A program made the translations under genes and the position numbers. The notes under the pieces were generated by a model. It saw nothing but the letters and a program-made list of their open reading frames with translations. It did no database searches and was not told the origin of the DNA. Shown here piece by piece: positions 40,006 through 49,995 of a stretch of 64,000 bases of DNA (position 1 is the stretch's first letter; every line of letters begins with the position of its first letter). This DNA is from Acidimicrobiia bacterium (GTDB taxonomy: Bacteria; Actinomycetota; Acidimicrobiia; Spongiisociales; ZC4RG35): assembly GCA_965215185.1 (NCBI GenBank), contig OZ244034.1:2368001-2432000 (forward strand), written 5' to 3'.

Positions 40006-41604
40006 TCACGCCTCTTCTGAAGAGTGTCGGCCGAAGTTTCGGAGCCATCCGGCCCACAGTGATTTAACTTCCCTGCTTCCCATCATCCGGGCTGCACCCG
40101 CGAAAACCAGGGCGACCGTTGCTCCTCCCACCACGAAGGCGCCCAGCGCCTCGGCGACTTCCCAGGTCCCTTCTTCGGAGAACCATCGGGCAACTAGCCA
40201 GCCGGCCCCGGCTGCCGCCGCCCCGGCCACTATGGAACGAGCCATTCCCAAGACCAAGCGCCTCCCCTCCAACCCTCGGCCTCGCAACCAAAAGAAAGTG
40301 AGGGCCGTCGTATAGGCGGCCATGGACGCAACACTGGCCCAAACCAGCCCGTGGGTGTCCCAAGCCGAAACCAGCGCCAAGGAGAGCGGGACTGCCGCCG
40401 CGGCAGCCAGGGTGCCGATCACCACCGGTGGCCACATCCTTCGCTCTGCGTAGAACGAACGGGAGATCACCTGATGAAGACCCCAGGCGGGAATAGCCAG
40501 CGCGTAGACAGCCAACAGTTGTGCGACCATCGTCGAATCCGCGGCACTAAAAGCCCCCCATTGAAAGACCAGCCTCACCCCGGGACCCCCTACCGCCAGC
40601 ACCGCAGCCGCCGCGCCGGTCCCCAAGAATAGGGTCATCCGGGCGGTTCGCAAGGTCGTCTCGGTCAGTTCTGAGTGGCGACCCGAAGCCGCCAGGGAGG
40701 CCAAGAAGGGAAAAGCCGCCACTCCGGCGGCCTGGGCCACCATTCCCACTGGGACCATGTTCAGTACTCGCGCGAAAGAAAGGGCCGAAATCCCACCTTC
40801 TCCAGCCAGTTGGCCGAAAAACCGGACGAACTGCTCATCGAGAACCGCCACCGACTGGCCGACCATCAGCGGAATGGCCAGCGCCAAATAGGTTCGGACC
40901 GCTGGATGCTTCCACGCCACCCCCCTTACCAACCGCAGACCCACGCGGCGGGCGCCCCACCACTGGATGGAGAAGTTTCCGATCACCGCACCCGCCAGCG
41001 CTCCCCAAACGAATCCATCGGCGGGAGGCGGATCGGTTAGGAGTCCACCCGCCAGTCCTCCCACGATTATGGACAGGTTGTAGACAATGGGGGCGGTGAC
41101 CGGAACCAGGAAGCGGCGATGAACATATTGGTAGCCCATCAGCAGGGACCCCCCCACGAAGAACACTTGGGCGGGTAGGGCAATCCGAGTGAGTCTGATC
41201 ACCTCTTCGAGTTGGGCGGGGGACAGCTGCGGATAGATCAGGCCCATGAGCGGTTCCGTCCAGATCATTAGCCCCACAGTGAGCAGAGCGGTCAGGCCGG
41301 TCACCACTCTGAAGACCGCCACGAACGCCTGGTTGCCTCCGTGGGGATCGCTCGCCTGCAGGCGGGAAGCCAGGATCGGCACGAAGGTGATGGTCAGATA
41401 GCCCCCAGCCAAGAGATAGTTGAGAAGATCGGGAACCAAGAAGGCGGCCCGGTAGACGTCTCCCACCGCATTGACTCCGATGAAAGCGGCCAACATCGTC
41501 TCTCGCGCCAATCCCAGCACCCGGGACAGCAACACCCCGCCCGACACCACCAGGGCGGCGGCGCCCATCCCCATAGCCCTGCCCTTTATGATCGCCCTGG
41601 CCAA
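40006..41604 (-). CDS. murJ: lipid II flippase MurJ (MviN)
   Basis: SRVLGLARE, AAF.VPD.L..LLAGG, many TM segments. Start may be ATG 41574. Confidence 0.92.
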   Translation of the reverse strand: MARAIIKGRAMGMGAAALVVSGGVLLSRVLGLARETMLAAFIGVNAVGDVYRAAFLVPDLLNYLLAGGYLTITFVPILASRLQASDPHGGNQAFVAVFRVVTGLTALLTVGLMIWTEPLMGLIYPQLSPAQLEEVIRLTRIALPAQVFFVGGSLLMGYQYVHRRFLVPVTAPIVYNLSIIVGGLAGGLLTDPPPADGFVWGALAGAVIGNFSIQWWGARRVGLRLVRGVAWKHPAVRTYLALAIPLMVGQSVAVLDEQFVRFFGQLAGEGGISALSFARVLNMVPVGMVAQAAGVAAFPFLASLAASGRHSELTETTLRTARMTLFLGTGAAAAVLAVGGPGVRLVFQWGAFSAADSTMVAQLLAVYALAIPAWGLHQVISRSFYAERRMWPPVVIGTLAAAAAVPLSLALVSAWDTHGLVWASVASMAAYTTALTFFWLRGRGLEGRRLVLGMARSIVAGAAAAGAGWLVARWFSEEGTWEVAEALGAFVVGGATVALVFAGAARMMGSREVKSLWAGWLRNFGRHSSEEA

Positions 41605-42455
41605 CTGGCAACCGACCGCAAGGCTGCCGCCCTGCGCAGTTCGGTCAGCGCTTCATCGGGGACCACCAGGTCGCCCCGACCCACTCCCAGCCTTGTGTCT
41701 GCTTTGAAGCTCCCGTGATAGTCGGAACCTCCGGTGGGTATCAGCCCATGGCGTCTCGCCAAGCAGGCCAATGATCGACGAGTGGGCGGCCCATACGTTC
41801 CGTAGTAGGCCTCCATCCCATCCAGCCCCTGCTCGGTCAGTTCCGAAAGCAACGCCGAAAGTGCCCCACCCTCCACTCCCAGGGTGAGCGGATGAGCCAA
41901 GACCGCGACTCCACCCACAGCGTGAGCCAACCCGATTGCCTCGGCCGAGGAAAGACGGTACCTCTCCACATAAGCGGGACACCCCCTGCCCAGGTATCGG
42001 GAAAAGGCCTCTGGAATGTCGGTGACATAACCCTTCCTCACCAAGAGGGCCGCGAAGTGAGGTCTTCCGACAGTTCCCTTTCCACCCTCGCGTTTCACTT
42101 CACCAACAGATATATTGACGCCTTGGCCACGGAGACGCTCCACAATCTCCAAATTGCGAAGGTCCCTGCCTTGCCGAACCTGCTCCAGTTGGGAGGAGAG
42201 CAACTCGCGGTCTCGGATCATCAAAACCAACAGATGCATACCGCCCCTATTCCACTGCAGAGAAAGCTCCACTCCTGCGACCAGTTCTATGCCGGTGGCG
42301 GCAGCCGCCTCCTCGGCCTCCTGCAACCCCTCGGTGGTGTCGTGATCGGTGATGGCCACCGCCGACAATCCCAGTGCGGTGGCCGACACTATCAGTTCCG
42401 TTGGCGAGTCGGATCCGTCCGAGGCGGTGGTGTGGGTATGCAGGTCGACCCCCAT
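41586..42455 (-). CDS. PHP-domain metal-dependent phosphoesterase
   Basis: Motifs DLHTHT..SDG, AITDHD, GRPH, LAHP and GGSDYHG. Confidence 0.92.
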   Translation of the reverse strand: MGVDLHTHTTASDGSDSPTELIVSATALGLSAVAITDHDTTEGLQEAEEAAAATGIELVAGVELSLQWNRGGMHLLVLMIRDRELLSSQLEQVRQGRDLRNLEIVERLRGQGVNISVGEVKREGGKGTVGRPHFAALLVRKGYVTDIPEAFSRYLGRGCPAYVERYRLSSAEAIGLAHAVGGVAVLAHPLTLGVEGGALSALLSELTEQGLDGMEAYYGTYGPPTRRSLACLARRHGLIPTGGSDYHGSFKADTRLGVGRGDLVVPDEALTELRRAAALRSVASWPGRS

Positions 42456-42468
42456 CAGCGGGGCCTGA

Positions 42469-43260
42469 TCAGGATCCTACGGTGATCTCTACCGACTCGA
42501 TATAAACGGCTTCGCGGGGAAGGCTCTGCTCGCCGGTGGGAGACAGGGAGGTGCGTATTTGAGTAATGCGGTCCAAGGCTTCCCATCCTTCGGTTATGCG
42601 ACCCAACACGTTGTATTGCGGATTCAGAAATGGAGCATCGTCCAGCATCCAGAAGAATTGGCTGCCGGTGGTGTTCTTGCCGGCGTTGGCCATGGCCACA
42701 ACTCCCCGGGTGTACTGGAAGTCCTCAGCGGGGAATTCGTCGGCGATCTCGTACCCGGCATTTCCCCGCCCGGTGGCGGTGGGATCGCCTCCCTGGGCGA
42801 CGAAACCTTCCAAGATGCGATGAAAGACCGAGCCGTCGTAGTACCCCTCCCGGGCCAGGAACACGAAAGAGTCGACCGTTTGGGGGTAATTCGTGTCAAG
42901 TTGTATCACCACTTCCCCGCACGAGGTTTTCACCCGAGCGGTTACCGTGGTCCCGGCCGTGATGTCTTGGGTTTGGAAGTTCTCGAATCGCATCATCCGC
43001 AGGGGAGGCGGGGCCTGCGCCCCGCATGCGGTGGGCTTATCTCGATATTCCTGGTAGGTATCGGACACTTCCATGAAAGCTGCCTCTTCTTCCTCGCCGG
43101 CCCCCAGGTTGCAGACCACCAGCACCGTCACCAGGGCGATGGCCATCCCCATCCCGATTCCCAGTCGCCTGATGTTCTCTTTACGGGAATGCTTCTTCTT
43201 TTCTGCCTGCAGACGCGCCGTCTTAGCCGCTTTTTGCCGCTGTCGCTTCGTGTTAGCCAC
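42469..43260 (-). CDS. membrane-anchored cyclophilin-type peptidyl-prolyl isomerase
   Basis: N-terminal TM segment; FHRI..GFVAQGGDP, AMANAG and GSQFF. Confidence 0.92.
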   Translation of the reverse strand: MANTKRQRQKAAKTARLQAEKKKHSRKENIRRLGIGMGMAIALVTVLVVCNLGAGEEEEAAFMEVSDTYQEYRDKPTACGAQAPPPLRMMRFENFQTQDITAGTTVTARVKTSCGEVVIQLDTNYPQTVDSFVFLAREGYYDGSVFHRILEGFVAQGGDPTATGRGNAGYEIADEFPAEDFQYTRGVVAMANAGKNTTGSQFFWMLDDAPFLNPQYNVLGRITEGWEALDRITQIRTSLSPTGEQSLPREAVYIESVEITVGS

Positions 43261-43473
43261 GGAAAGGGGCTCCTTGCGTTATCGGTTTACAAAATGGCTG
43301 GCGCGTGGAACAACAAGATCTATGTTGCCATTCCCTAGAGTCAACCGCTCCCTATTTTACGCGCCGGAAAAGCTGTGCGGGGTGTTGCATCTCTCCCCGT
43401 CGCAAAACCGGTGGCCGGAGGAGGGAGGCAAAGCCGTAAGATTGGGGCCTGGCCCTCTTTCTCTTCCTCGGAT

Positions 43474-44718
43474 ATGTCGCGGATCGTACAAAAATTCGGT
43501 GGTTCTTCTCTCGCCACACCAGATCGGATAAAGAACGTGGCCTCGCGGGTGGTGAGCGCTCGCCGGACCGGCGCCCAGGTGATGGTGGTGGTCTCCGCCA
43601 TGGGCGACACCACAAACAACCTGATGAGTCTGGCTCGGGAAGTTAACCCCCAACCGCCGGCTCGAGAGATGGACATGCTGCTCACCGCCGGGGAGCGTAT
43701 CTCGATGGCCTTGACCGCTATGGCCATCGCCTCACACGGCGTGGAGGCGGTGAGCCTCACCGGCAGCCAGGCCGGGATTCTCACCGATGACACCCACGGG
43801 GCGGCCAAGATCCAGGGGATTACCGGATCTCGTGTCACCGACAACCTCGCCGAGGGGAAGGTCGTGATCGTGGCCGGCTTCCAGGGAGTGAGCCCCCGAT
43901 CCAAGGAGATCACCACCCTAGGCAGGGGTGGCTCCGACACCAGCGCCGTGGCTTTGGCGGCCGCGCTGGGGGGAGACGTGGTAGAGATTTACACCGATGT
44001 GCCGGGGGTGATGACCGCCGATCCCCGGATCGTCCCCGAGGCGCAGAAACTCGATGAGGTCTCTTATGAGGTAATGATGGAGTTGGCCGCAGGGGGAGCG
44101 GGAGTGCTCATCCCTCGGGCGGTGGAAGTGGGGCGGCGATATGGCGTCCCCATCCACGTACGATCTTCTTTCAGCGACTCACCCGGCACTTGGATTAGAA
44201 AGGCGACCGAGATGGAAAGTATGGAACAAGCCATAATCAGCGGAATAGCCCATGACGCCTCGGAGGCGAAGGTCACATTAAGGGAAGTTCCCGACCAACC
44301 GGGCGTTGCGGCTTCCATCTTCGAACCGCTGGCCAAGGCTGGTGTGAATGTCGACATGATCGTGCAAAACGTTTCCCGGGAGGGTCTGTCCGACGTCAGC
44401 TTCACAATCCCCAAGAGCTGCATGGATTGGGCGGAAGAGGTGGTGAGGATGATCGGACGTCAGGTGCGTGCTTCGGCGGTGGAGATTCACCACGACATCG
44501 CCAAGGTGTCACTGATCGGAGCGGGGATGAAAACCGAGCCGGGCGTGGCGGCCCGGGTGTTTCGTACCCTGGGCCAGGCCGGGATCAACATAGAGATGAT
44601 CTCCACCTCCACCATCAGAATCTCCTGCGTGGTGGACCAATCGGAGATGAGCAGAGCCGTGCAGGCGCTTCACCGCGAGTTCAGACCCCCCCTCATCAGA
44701 AGCGAGTGGGGAGCATGA
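43474..44718 (+). CDS. lysC: aspartate kinase
   Basis: [23 protein letters not shown], two ACT domains. Confidence 0.96.
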   Translation: MSRIVQKFGGSSLATPDRIKNVASRVVSARRTGAQVMVVVSAMGDTTNNLMSLAREVNPQPPAREMDMLLTAGERISMALTAMAIASHGVEAVSLTGSQAGILTDDTHGAAKIQGITGSRVTDNLAEGKVVIVAGFQGVSPRSKEITTLGRGGSDTSAVALAAALGGDVVEIYTDVPGVMTADPRIVPEAQKLDEVSYEVMMELAAGGAGVLIPRAVEVGRRYGVPIHVRSSFSDSPGTWIRKATEMESMEQAIISGIAHDASEAKVTLREVPDQPGVAASIFEPLAKAGVNVDMIVQNVSREGLSDVSFTIPKSCMDWAEEVVRMIGRQVRASAVEIHHDIAKVSLIGAGMKTEPGVAARVFRTLGQAGINIEMISTSTIRISCVVDQSEMSRAVQALHREFRPPLIRSEWGA

Positions 44719-45728
44719 GCGTCGACCTGGCTTTGGTGGGCGCCACCGGGGCGGTCGGTCGCACCGCCCTTGAGATACTGGCCAACCGGGACTTTCCCAT
44801 CGGCCGGTTGCGCCTGATCGCTTCGGCTCGCTCCGCCGGGCAGAAGATCTCCACTGCCTGGGGAAAGGTGGAAGTGGAAGATCTCGACGAGGTTGAACCC
44901 GACGGGATCGAACTGGCGATCTTCTCGGCCGGGGCCTCCCGCTCTCGGATCCACGCCCCTCGCTTCGTGGCAGGGGGAGCGGTGGTGGTCGACAACTCGT
45001 CCTGTTTTCGCATGGACCCCTCGGTTCCGTTGGTGGTGGCCGACGTCAACGACCATGCACTGGGGTCGCACCAGGGAATCGTGGCCAATCCCAATTGCAC
45101 GACCATGGTGTTGATGATGGCGGTCGCTCCCCTTCACCGGGAAGCAGGCATTCGCTCGATGGTGGCCACCTCGTATCAATCGGTTTCGGGCTCGGGACAG
45201 AGAGGGATGACCGAGCTCTCCGAGCAGATTCATCATTTCCTGGAGAACCCCTCCGGCCTGACACAGGGAGGCTGGGCCGATCCCCACGGCGACGTGTACA
45301 GCCGTCCCATCGGGTTCAACGTGCTGCCCTTGGCCGGAACGGAGACGCAACGCAGCTACACCGACGAAGAGTGGAAGCTGGTAAACGAGTCCCGAAAAAT
45401 CCTCGAACAGGCAGAGTTGGCCGTTGAACCCACCTGTGTGAGGGTCCCGGTCATGGTTGGCCACGGCCTGGCCGCCTCGGTGTGGTTCGACCGTCCCGTG
45501 AATCGAACCGAGACGCTGCAGATTCTGGGTGAGGCGCCGGGTTTGGAGGTCTGGGAAGATGTCCCCCCCACCCCTCTGGACAGCGCCGGAAAAGACCACG
45601 CCCTGGTAGGCCGAATACGGGAAACGGTGGGAATACCCGGTGGGATCAACCTGTGGGTGGTGGGCGACAATCTCCGCAAGGGGGCGGCGCTCAACGCCAT
45701 CCAACTAGCCGAGCGACTCACGCTTTAG
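44715..45728 (+). CDS. asd: aspartate-semialdehyde dehydrogenase
   Basis: Motifs GATGAVG, DNSS.FRM, ANPNCTT, TCVRVPV and DNLRKGAA. Confidence 0.96.
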   Translation: MSVDLALVGATGAVGRTALEILANRDFPIGRLRLIASARSAGQKISTAWGKVEVEDLDEVEPDGIELAIFSAGASRSRIHAPRFVAGGAVVVDNSSCFRMDPSVPLVVADVNDHALGSHQGIVANPNCTTMVLMMAVAPLHREAGIRSMVATSYQSVSGSGQRGMTELSEQIHHFLENPSGLTQGGWADPHGDVYSRPIGFNVLPLAGTETQRSYTDEEWKLVNESRKILEQAELAVEPTCVRVPVMVGHGLAASVWFDRPVNRTETLQILGEAPGLEVWEDVPPTPLDSAGKDHALVGRIRETVGIPGGINLWVVGDNLRKGAALNAIQLAERLTL

Positions 45729-45765
45729 GTTGTTCTTTCCAGGCCGCGAATAACCTTTCGCAAAC

Positions 45766-45787
45766 GGGGTTGGCTCTTGTCCCAACC
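45766..45787 (+). terminator. left part of the asd rho-independent terminator, split by IS607 (remainder at 48072-48077)
   Basis: Reconstructed empty site GGGGTTGG-CTCTTGTC-CCAACC|CC-TTTT. Confidence 0.75.
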
Positions 45788-45960
45788 GTTCCTTTTTGGA
45801 TAGATGGTTGTTCCTATCCCGGCGTTCCGAACGATCTTGAACGCCTGTGCAACTCACTAATCAGGGTTCCGCTCGGGCGGTCGTAACACCCACAGAATGT
45901 GAGCGCTCGCGCCGGTCGTTGTCTGTTGTGTGCGCCATGCCAGTTGCATTAGCGGTCTGC
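45786..45960 (-). ncRNA. putative TnpB omegaRNA scaffold (5' end uncertain)
   Basis: Right-end hairpins GGCGTTC/GAACGCC (45821-45845) and GGATAG/CTATCC (45798-45819); loop AUCGUUC can pair with terminal GAACGGU (pseudoknot). Confidence 0.55.
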
Positions 45961-47435
45961 TGGACAGTTGCTTTCCCGTGCCTATCCTCCGGTAGGCAAG
46001 AGCTCTGACTGCTTTTACGCTTCTCGCTATATCCCTGGCTTCTTCTGCCGATCACCACTGCGGCCGCCTGGTGGCGGTCGCCGCGTTGTCGGCGAGATCT
46101 ATCTAAGGGCTTCTTCCAGTATCTGGCTCCCCAGATACTGGTGTAGGCCGGATCCACCGCTATCACCACCATGCCATGACGGTACGCCGCCGAGGCAATG
46201 GTGTGGACGAACTTGGCGGTGGGTATGCCGCACACCTTGCGGCGGGTGGTCTTGCCTGCTTTGCCTCTCCGTCCCCTCTGCCTGGTGCGAATGTCCTCAA
46301 AGTTGAGCTTCTCCACGGCTATGACCGTCACGCCCTGTTGTTTGGCACGTTTGACGAGATGGCTGACCCCTTCTCGCAGCCCTCCGAGGCGGTGAGCCGA
46401 GGATCCCCGTTCGGGAATGTTTTCTCTGACGGGTCCGCCTATCGGGTTGCCGTGAACATCCAACACCCGTGCGTCCACATGTCCCGAGTTGACGTCTATC
46501 GCCAAGCACCTGCCCGACCTGGCCGCTTCTTTAACTCCGGGACTTTCTTTGGGTGGCTGAGACCATGAGGCGGTGATGTACCAGCGCTCCCTGCCTGGGT
46601 CGAAACGAATGTGGTAGCCGACCGCCCGGTCAGAAGAGGCCTGCGTGTTCCACTCGTCGGCCAGGTGATGCCAGCGTATGGGTGTGGAGAGCCGGTAGGT
46701 GGGTGTTCTGCCCGGAGTGTTGGACAGATGGCTGAGAGGTGCGGGTAGGCGGATAGTCACCGTGTATTCATCTCCGCGGTGAGGGGCGACTCTGATGGTC
46801 TCGTTGCCGAAAGGTTTTCCCGCCTCACCGTCGGCGGAGAGGAACATTCGTTTAGCGTTCCACTGGTAGCGCCACTCATCCAAAGAGAGGCCTGCTGCTT
46901 CGAGGTTGTGGCGTTTGCGAGCCAGGCGTGTGCCGCCCACCACCACTGATACACGGCCCTCGGCCAGGCGCTGCTCTGTGCTAGCCAGCCTGGCTACCAG
47001 TTTCTGGCGGCGGCGCTGCTTCTGGTAACGCTCGGAACGGCTGGCATAGCCGCGCTTCTTGCGTTTCCCTTCTCCTACCGGCAGAACGAGGCGGCGATCC
47101 AACTCGGCTAACTCCTTGCGATCCCGATACTCCAAGTCCTCCAAATTGAGCAGTTCTCTTTCCCACATGTCATCGGTAGTGCGGGTAATAGCACCCGCCC
47201 AGCGAGAAGAACACTGTGGAGTCAACACACGTTTCCGTTTGGCGCGTCCCAGGTACTTAGGTCCCGCTCCGAGGCGGCACCGCGTAGCCAGGTCGGAACG
47301 CAACAGGCTGCCCAAATGTTCGCCTATCTCCCGCAACACTGTCTCATCAGAATCCGAAGGGAACAAACGCGTTCTGGAACTCACCGCTTGGGGAGGGGCG
47401 ACCACAAAGGGCTCGATCAGAGCACGCTTGGTCAC
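45861..47435 (-). CDS. tnpB: TnpB-family RNA-guided nuclease (actinobacterial IS607 type)
   Basis: RuvC-I LAIDVN, RuvC-II IAVEKLNF, VDPAYTS, RuvC-III region DRHQAAAVVIGRR. GTG start overlaps the tnpA stop. Confidence 0.88.
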   Translation of the reverse strand: MTKRALIEPFVVAPPQAVSSRTRLFPSDSDETVLREIGEHLGSLLRSDLATRCRLGAGPKYLGRAKRKRVLTPQCSSRWAGAITRTTDDMWERELLNLEDLEYRDRKELAELDRRLVLPVGEGKRKKRGYASRSERYQKQRRRQKLVARLASTEQRLAEGRVSVVVGGTRLARKRHNLEAAGLSLDEWRYQWNAKRMFLSADGEAGKPFGNETIRVAPHRGDEYTVTIRLPAPLSHLSNTPGRTPTYRLSTPIRWHHLADEWNTQASSDRAVGYHIRFDPGRERWYITASWSQPPKESPGVKEAARSGRCLAIDVNSGHVDARVLDVHGNPIGGPVRENIPERGSSAHRLGGLREGVSHLVKRAKQQGVTVIAVEKLNFEDIRTRQRGRRGKAGKTTRRKVCGIPTAKFVHTIASAAYRHGMVVIAVDPAYTSIWGARYWKKPLDRSRRQRGDRHQAAAVVIGRRSQGYSEKRKSSQSSCLPEDRHGKATVQQTANATGMAHTTDNDRRERSHSVGVTTARAEP

Positions 47436-48034
47436 GTCGAGGCTGCTTTCAGGGCTTTCTCGGCGCGTCTCGCCGCCGATCTCTTGCCGTACAGACGGGC
47501 ACAAAACAATGTCAACACCTCAGTCACATCTCGCACCAGGTCATCCTCCACCTCGCCATCCTCCATCACCACGATCTCCCCACCGCCGCCACGAACAGCC
47601 GCTTCCACCATCTCAAATCCGAACCTCGCCAACCGGTCCCTGTGTTCCACCACCAGCCGCACAGCACCACCGGATCCCAACACTCTCAGTAGCTTCCTGC
47701 GCTTGCCGTTCATGCCCGACGCTGTTTCCATCACAACCTCGTCCACTACCCAGCCTCTCTTGCGAGCAAACACTTGAACGCGTTCCACCTGTCGTATCAA
47801 ATCGGCGGACTGACCAGAACTGGACACTCGGGCGTACAGCACCGTGCGTATACCCGACGCTACAACCGCTGAACGGGACCGGACATAATAGATACGTCCG
47901 ATCTTCTGCACTTCCAAGTCTTTGGGAAGGCGACCATCTTTCATCATCTGCCACGACACTCTCGGCACCCGTCCGAACTGTCGTCCCCAGTCGGACAAAC
48001 GAACCCAGCCACCACTAGAAAGGTCAGCACTCAT
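47432..48034 (-). CDS. tnpA: IS607 TnpA serine recombinase
   Basis: N-terminal HTH, YARVSS, ASGMN, EHRDRLARFG, FCARLYG.RSA. Confidence 0.93.
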   Translation of the reverse strand: MSADLSSGGWVRLSDWGRQFGRVPRVSWQMMKDGRLPKDLEVQKIGRIYYVRSRSAVVASGIRTVLYARVSSSGQSADLIRQVERVQVFARKRGWVVDEVVMETASGMNGKRRKLLRVLGSGGAVRLVVEHRDRLARFGFEMVEAAVRGGGGEIVVMEDGEVEDDLVRDVTEVLTLFCARLYGKRSAARRAEKALKAAST

Positions 48035-48196
48035 CAACAACAATCTACTAAAACGGCAACAGTTGTCAACCCCTTTTCATATTGCTTAAGAGCCAAATAC
48101 ACGAAAAGCGGTCTGGGGACGCTTTCAAGGTGCCCGGCTCGGTGCTCATGAATCTTGTCCGAATCCGCCGCTAACCCGATGGCTATGCTCGCAAAT

Positions 48197-49036
48197 ATGA
48201 CTGCCTGGATTACTACTTCCGACGGAGCGCGCATCGCCTATCACGAAATGGGCGCCAGCGACCCGCCCATAGTCTTTGTCCACGGTATCTACGGCAACCG
48301 GAGAGGCTTCGGCTTCCAGGAGGAGTATTTCTCGCCCAACCACCGGTGCGTGGCGGTTGACCTGAGGGGCAACGGAGATAGCGACAAGCCCAATGAGGTT
48401 TATTCGATAGCTCAATATGCCGATGACGTCGCTGAATTGATCCGGCAACTGGGCCTGGGGCGATCCGTCTTGGTAGGCCATAGCATGGGCGGGCAGGTGG
48501 TGATCTCGGTCGCCGCTCGTCACCCTAAACTGGTGATGGCCGTGGCCAGCTTGGACTCACCCAGCAACATCCCTGGGTGGCAAAACCGCTTTCATGCACC
48601 CTTTGACCACCTGATGACTTTCGACGGTCCCTACCGGGAGGCAGTGCATGCCTTCCTGAAAGCCGCTTATCTTCCCACCGATGATCCCTCTCGTGTCGGG
48701 GGGCTGGCCGACCGGCTGGCCGGGATTCCCGATCATGTGATCGTCAGGGCTTGGCAGGCGATGAGCGCCTACAACCCGACCTCCACCCTTCGCCAGATGA
48801 GGTGTCCCTATCTCTATATCGATTGCGGCCAGCCCGATCTCGACCTGGGTCTGTTACGAGAACTATGTCCACAGGTGGTGATCGGCAAGACGGTGGGCGC
48901 CGGGCATCAGGCCACCAAGGATGTGCCGGACCAGATCAACGCCATGCTCAATCGTTTCATTCAACACGCCGAGGGCATCGCCGCCGAAATGATCCGCACC
49001 GGCGGAGTCTTCCAATACAATTTTCCCTCAGCTTGA
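48197..49036 (+). CDS. alpha/beta-fold hydrolase, tandem copy 1 (279 aa)
   Basis: HG oxyanion motif, GHSMGG nucleophile elbow, GAGH. Confidence 0.9.
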   Translation: MTAWITTSDGARIAYHEMGASDPPIVFVHGIYGNRRGFGFQEEYFSPNHRCVAVDLRGNGDSDKPNEVYSIAQYADDVAELIRQLGLGRSVLVGHSMGGQVVISVAARHPKLVMAVASLDSPSNIPGWQNRFHAPFDHLMTFDGPYREAVHAFLKAAYLPTDDPSRVGGLADRLAGIPDHVIVRAWQAMSAYNPTSTLRQMRCPYLYIDCGQPDLDLGLLRELCPQVVIGKTVGAGHQATKDVPDQINAMLNRFIQHAEGIAAEMIRTGGVFQYNFPSA

Positions 49037-49050
49037 AAGATCGCCCGCAT

Positions 49051-49890
49051 ATGACTGAACGATTCACCACCTCCGACGGCGTACGCATCGCCTACCACCA
49101 AGTAGGGGAGGGCGACCTCGCCATCATCTTCATCCACGGCGCCTACAGCAATCGAAGAGGCTTCGGCTTCCAAGAGGAGTACTTCTCCCCCAACCACCGC
49201 TGCGTGGCGGTCGACCTGAGGGGACACGGGGACAGCGACAAGCCCGATCACCTTTACACCATGTCCCAGCATGCCGATGATGTAGCGGAACTGATCCGGC
49301 ATCTCGGGCTCCAGCGACCGGTGCTGGTGGGCCAGAGCTTGGGCGGCCAGGTGATCATCGCCGCCGCCGCTCGGCATCCCGAACTGGTGGGCGCCGTCGC
49401 CAGCCTGGACTCACCCAGCAACATCCCCGGATGGCACCAGCGTTTTCACGAACCCTTCGACCACCTGATAGCCAAGGGCGGCCCACTCCGGGAGACGGTG
49501 CAGATGTTTCTGAGCGCCGCCTACCTGCCCACCGACGACCCCTCCCGACTGGGGGGAATGGCTGCACGGCTGGCAGAGGTTCCCGATCATGTGATATTCA
49601 ATAGTTGGCACGGCAAAAGCGATTTCGATCCGGGGCCGATGCTGCGCCGACTTAAGTGCCCTTATCTCTACATCGATTGCGGCCAGCCGGATCTCGACCT
49701 GGATCTGCTGCGGGAGTTGTGCCCGCAGGTGGTGATCGGCAAGACAGTGGGCGCCGGACACAAGGCTCTCCTGGATGTCCCGGACCAGATCAATGCCATG
49801 CTCAACCGTTTCATCCAGCACTCCGACGGCATCGCCGCCGAAATGGTCCGCACCGGCGGAGTCTTCCAATACAACTTCCCCGAGACCTAA
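49051..49890 (+). CDS. alpha/beta-fold hydrolase, tandem copy 2 (279 aa)
   Basis: HGA, DLRGHG.S, GQSLGG and GAGH; true start is ATG 49051. Confidence 0.9.
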   Translation: MTERFTTSDGVRIAYHQVGEGDLAIIFIHGAYSNRRGFGFQEEYFSPNHRCVAVDLRGHGDSDKPDHLYTMSQHADDVAELIRHLGLQRPVLVGQSLGGQVIIAAAARHPELVGAVASLDSPSNIPGWHQRFHEPFDHLIAKGGPLRETVQMFLSAAYLPTDDPSRLGGMAARLAEVPDHVIFNSWHGKSDFDPGPMLRRLKCPYLYIDCGQPDLDLDLLRELCPQVVIGKTVGAGHKALLDVPDQINAMLNRFIQHSDGIAAEMVRTGGVFQYNFPET

Positions 49891-49995
49891 AGAAAGCCAG
49901 GCTCGCCAACCGGACCAGGTTGCCGGTTGGTTCAGGACTTTCTGGGACGAACTTTCTGATGTTCCACCCACACGCCGACAACTAGGCTGTGGCCC

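Larger units (their letters stand above)
45788..48071 (-). mobile_element. IS607-family element (tnpA serine recombinase + tnpB), 2284 bp
   Basis: Ends share a 5-nt microhomology CAACC (45783-45787 / 48067-48071) containing the GG core on the minus strand; excision restores a perfect terminator. Confidence 0.9.

Noticed and set aside
43330-43473. Possible lysine/SAM riboswitch upstream of aspartate kinase (purine-rich/pyrimidine-rich pairing)
   Set aside because: Conserved riboswitch core motifs could not be matched by eye; needs an Rfam/Infernal search.
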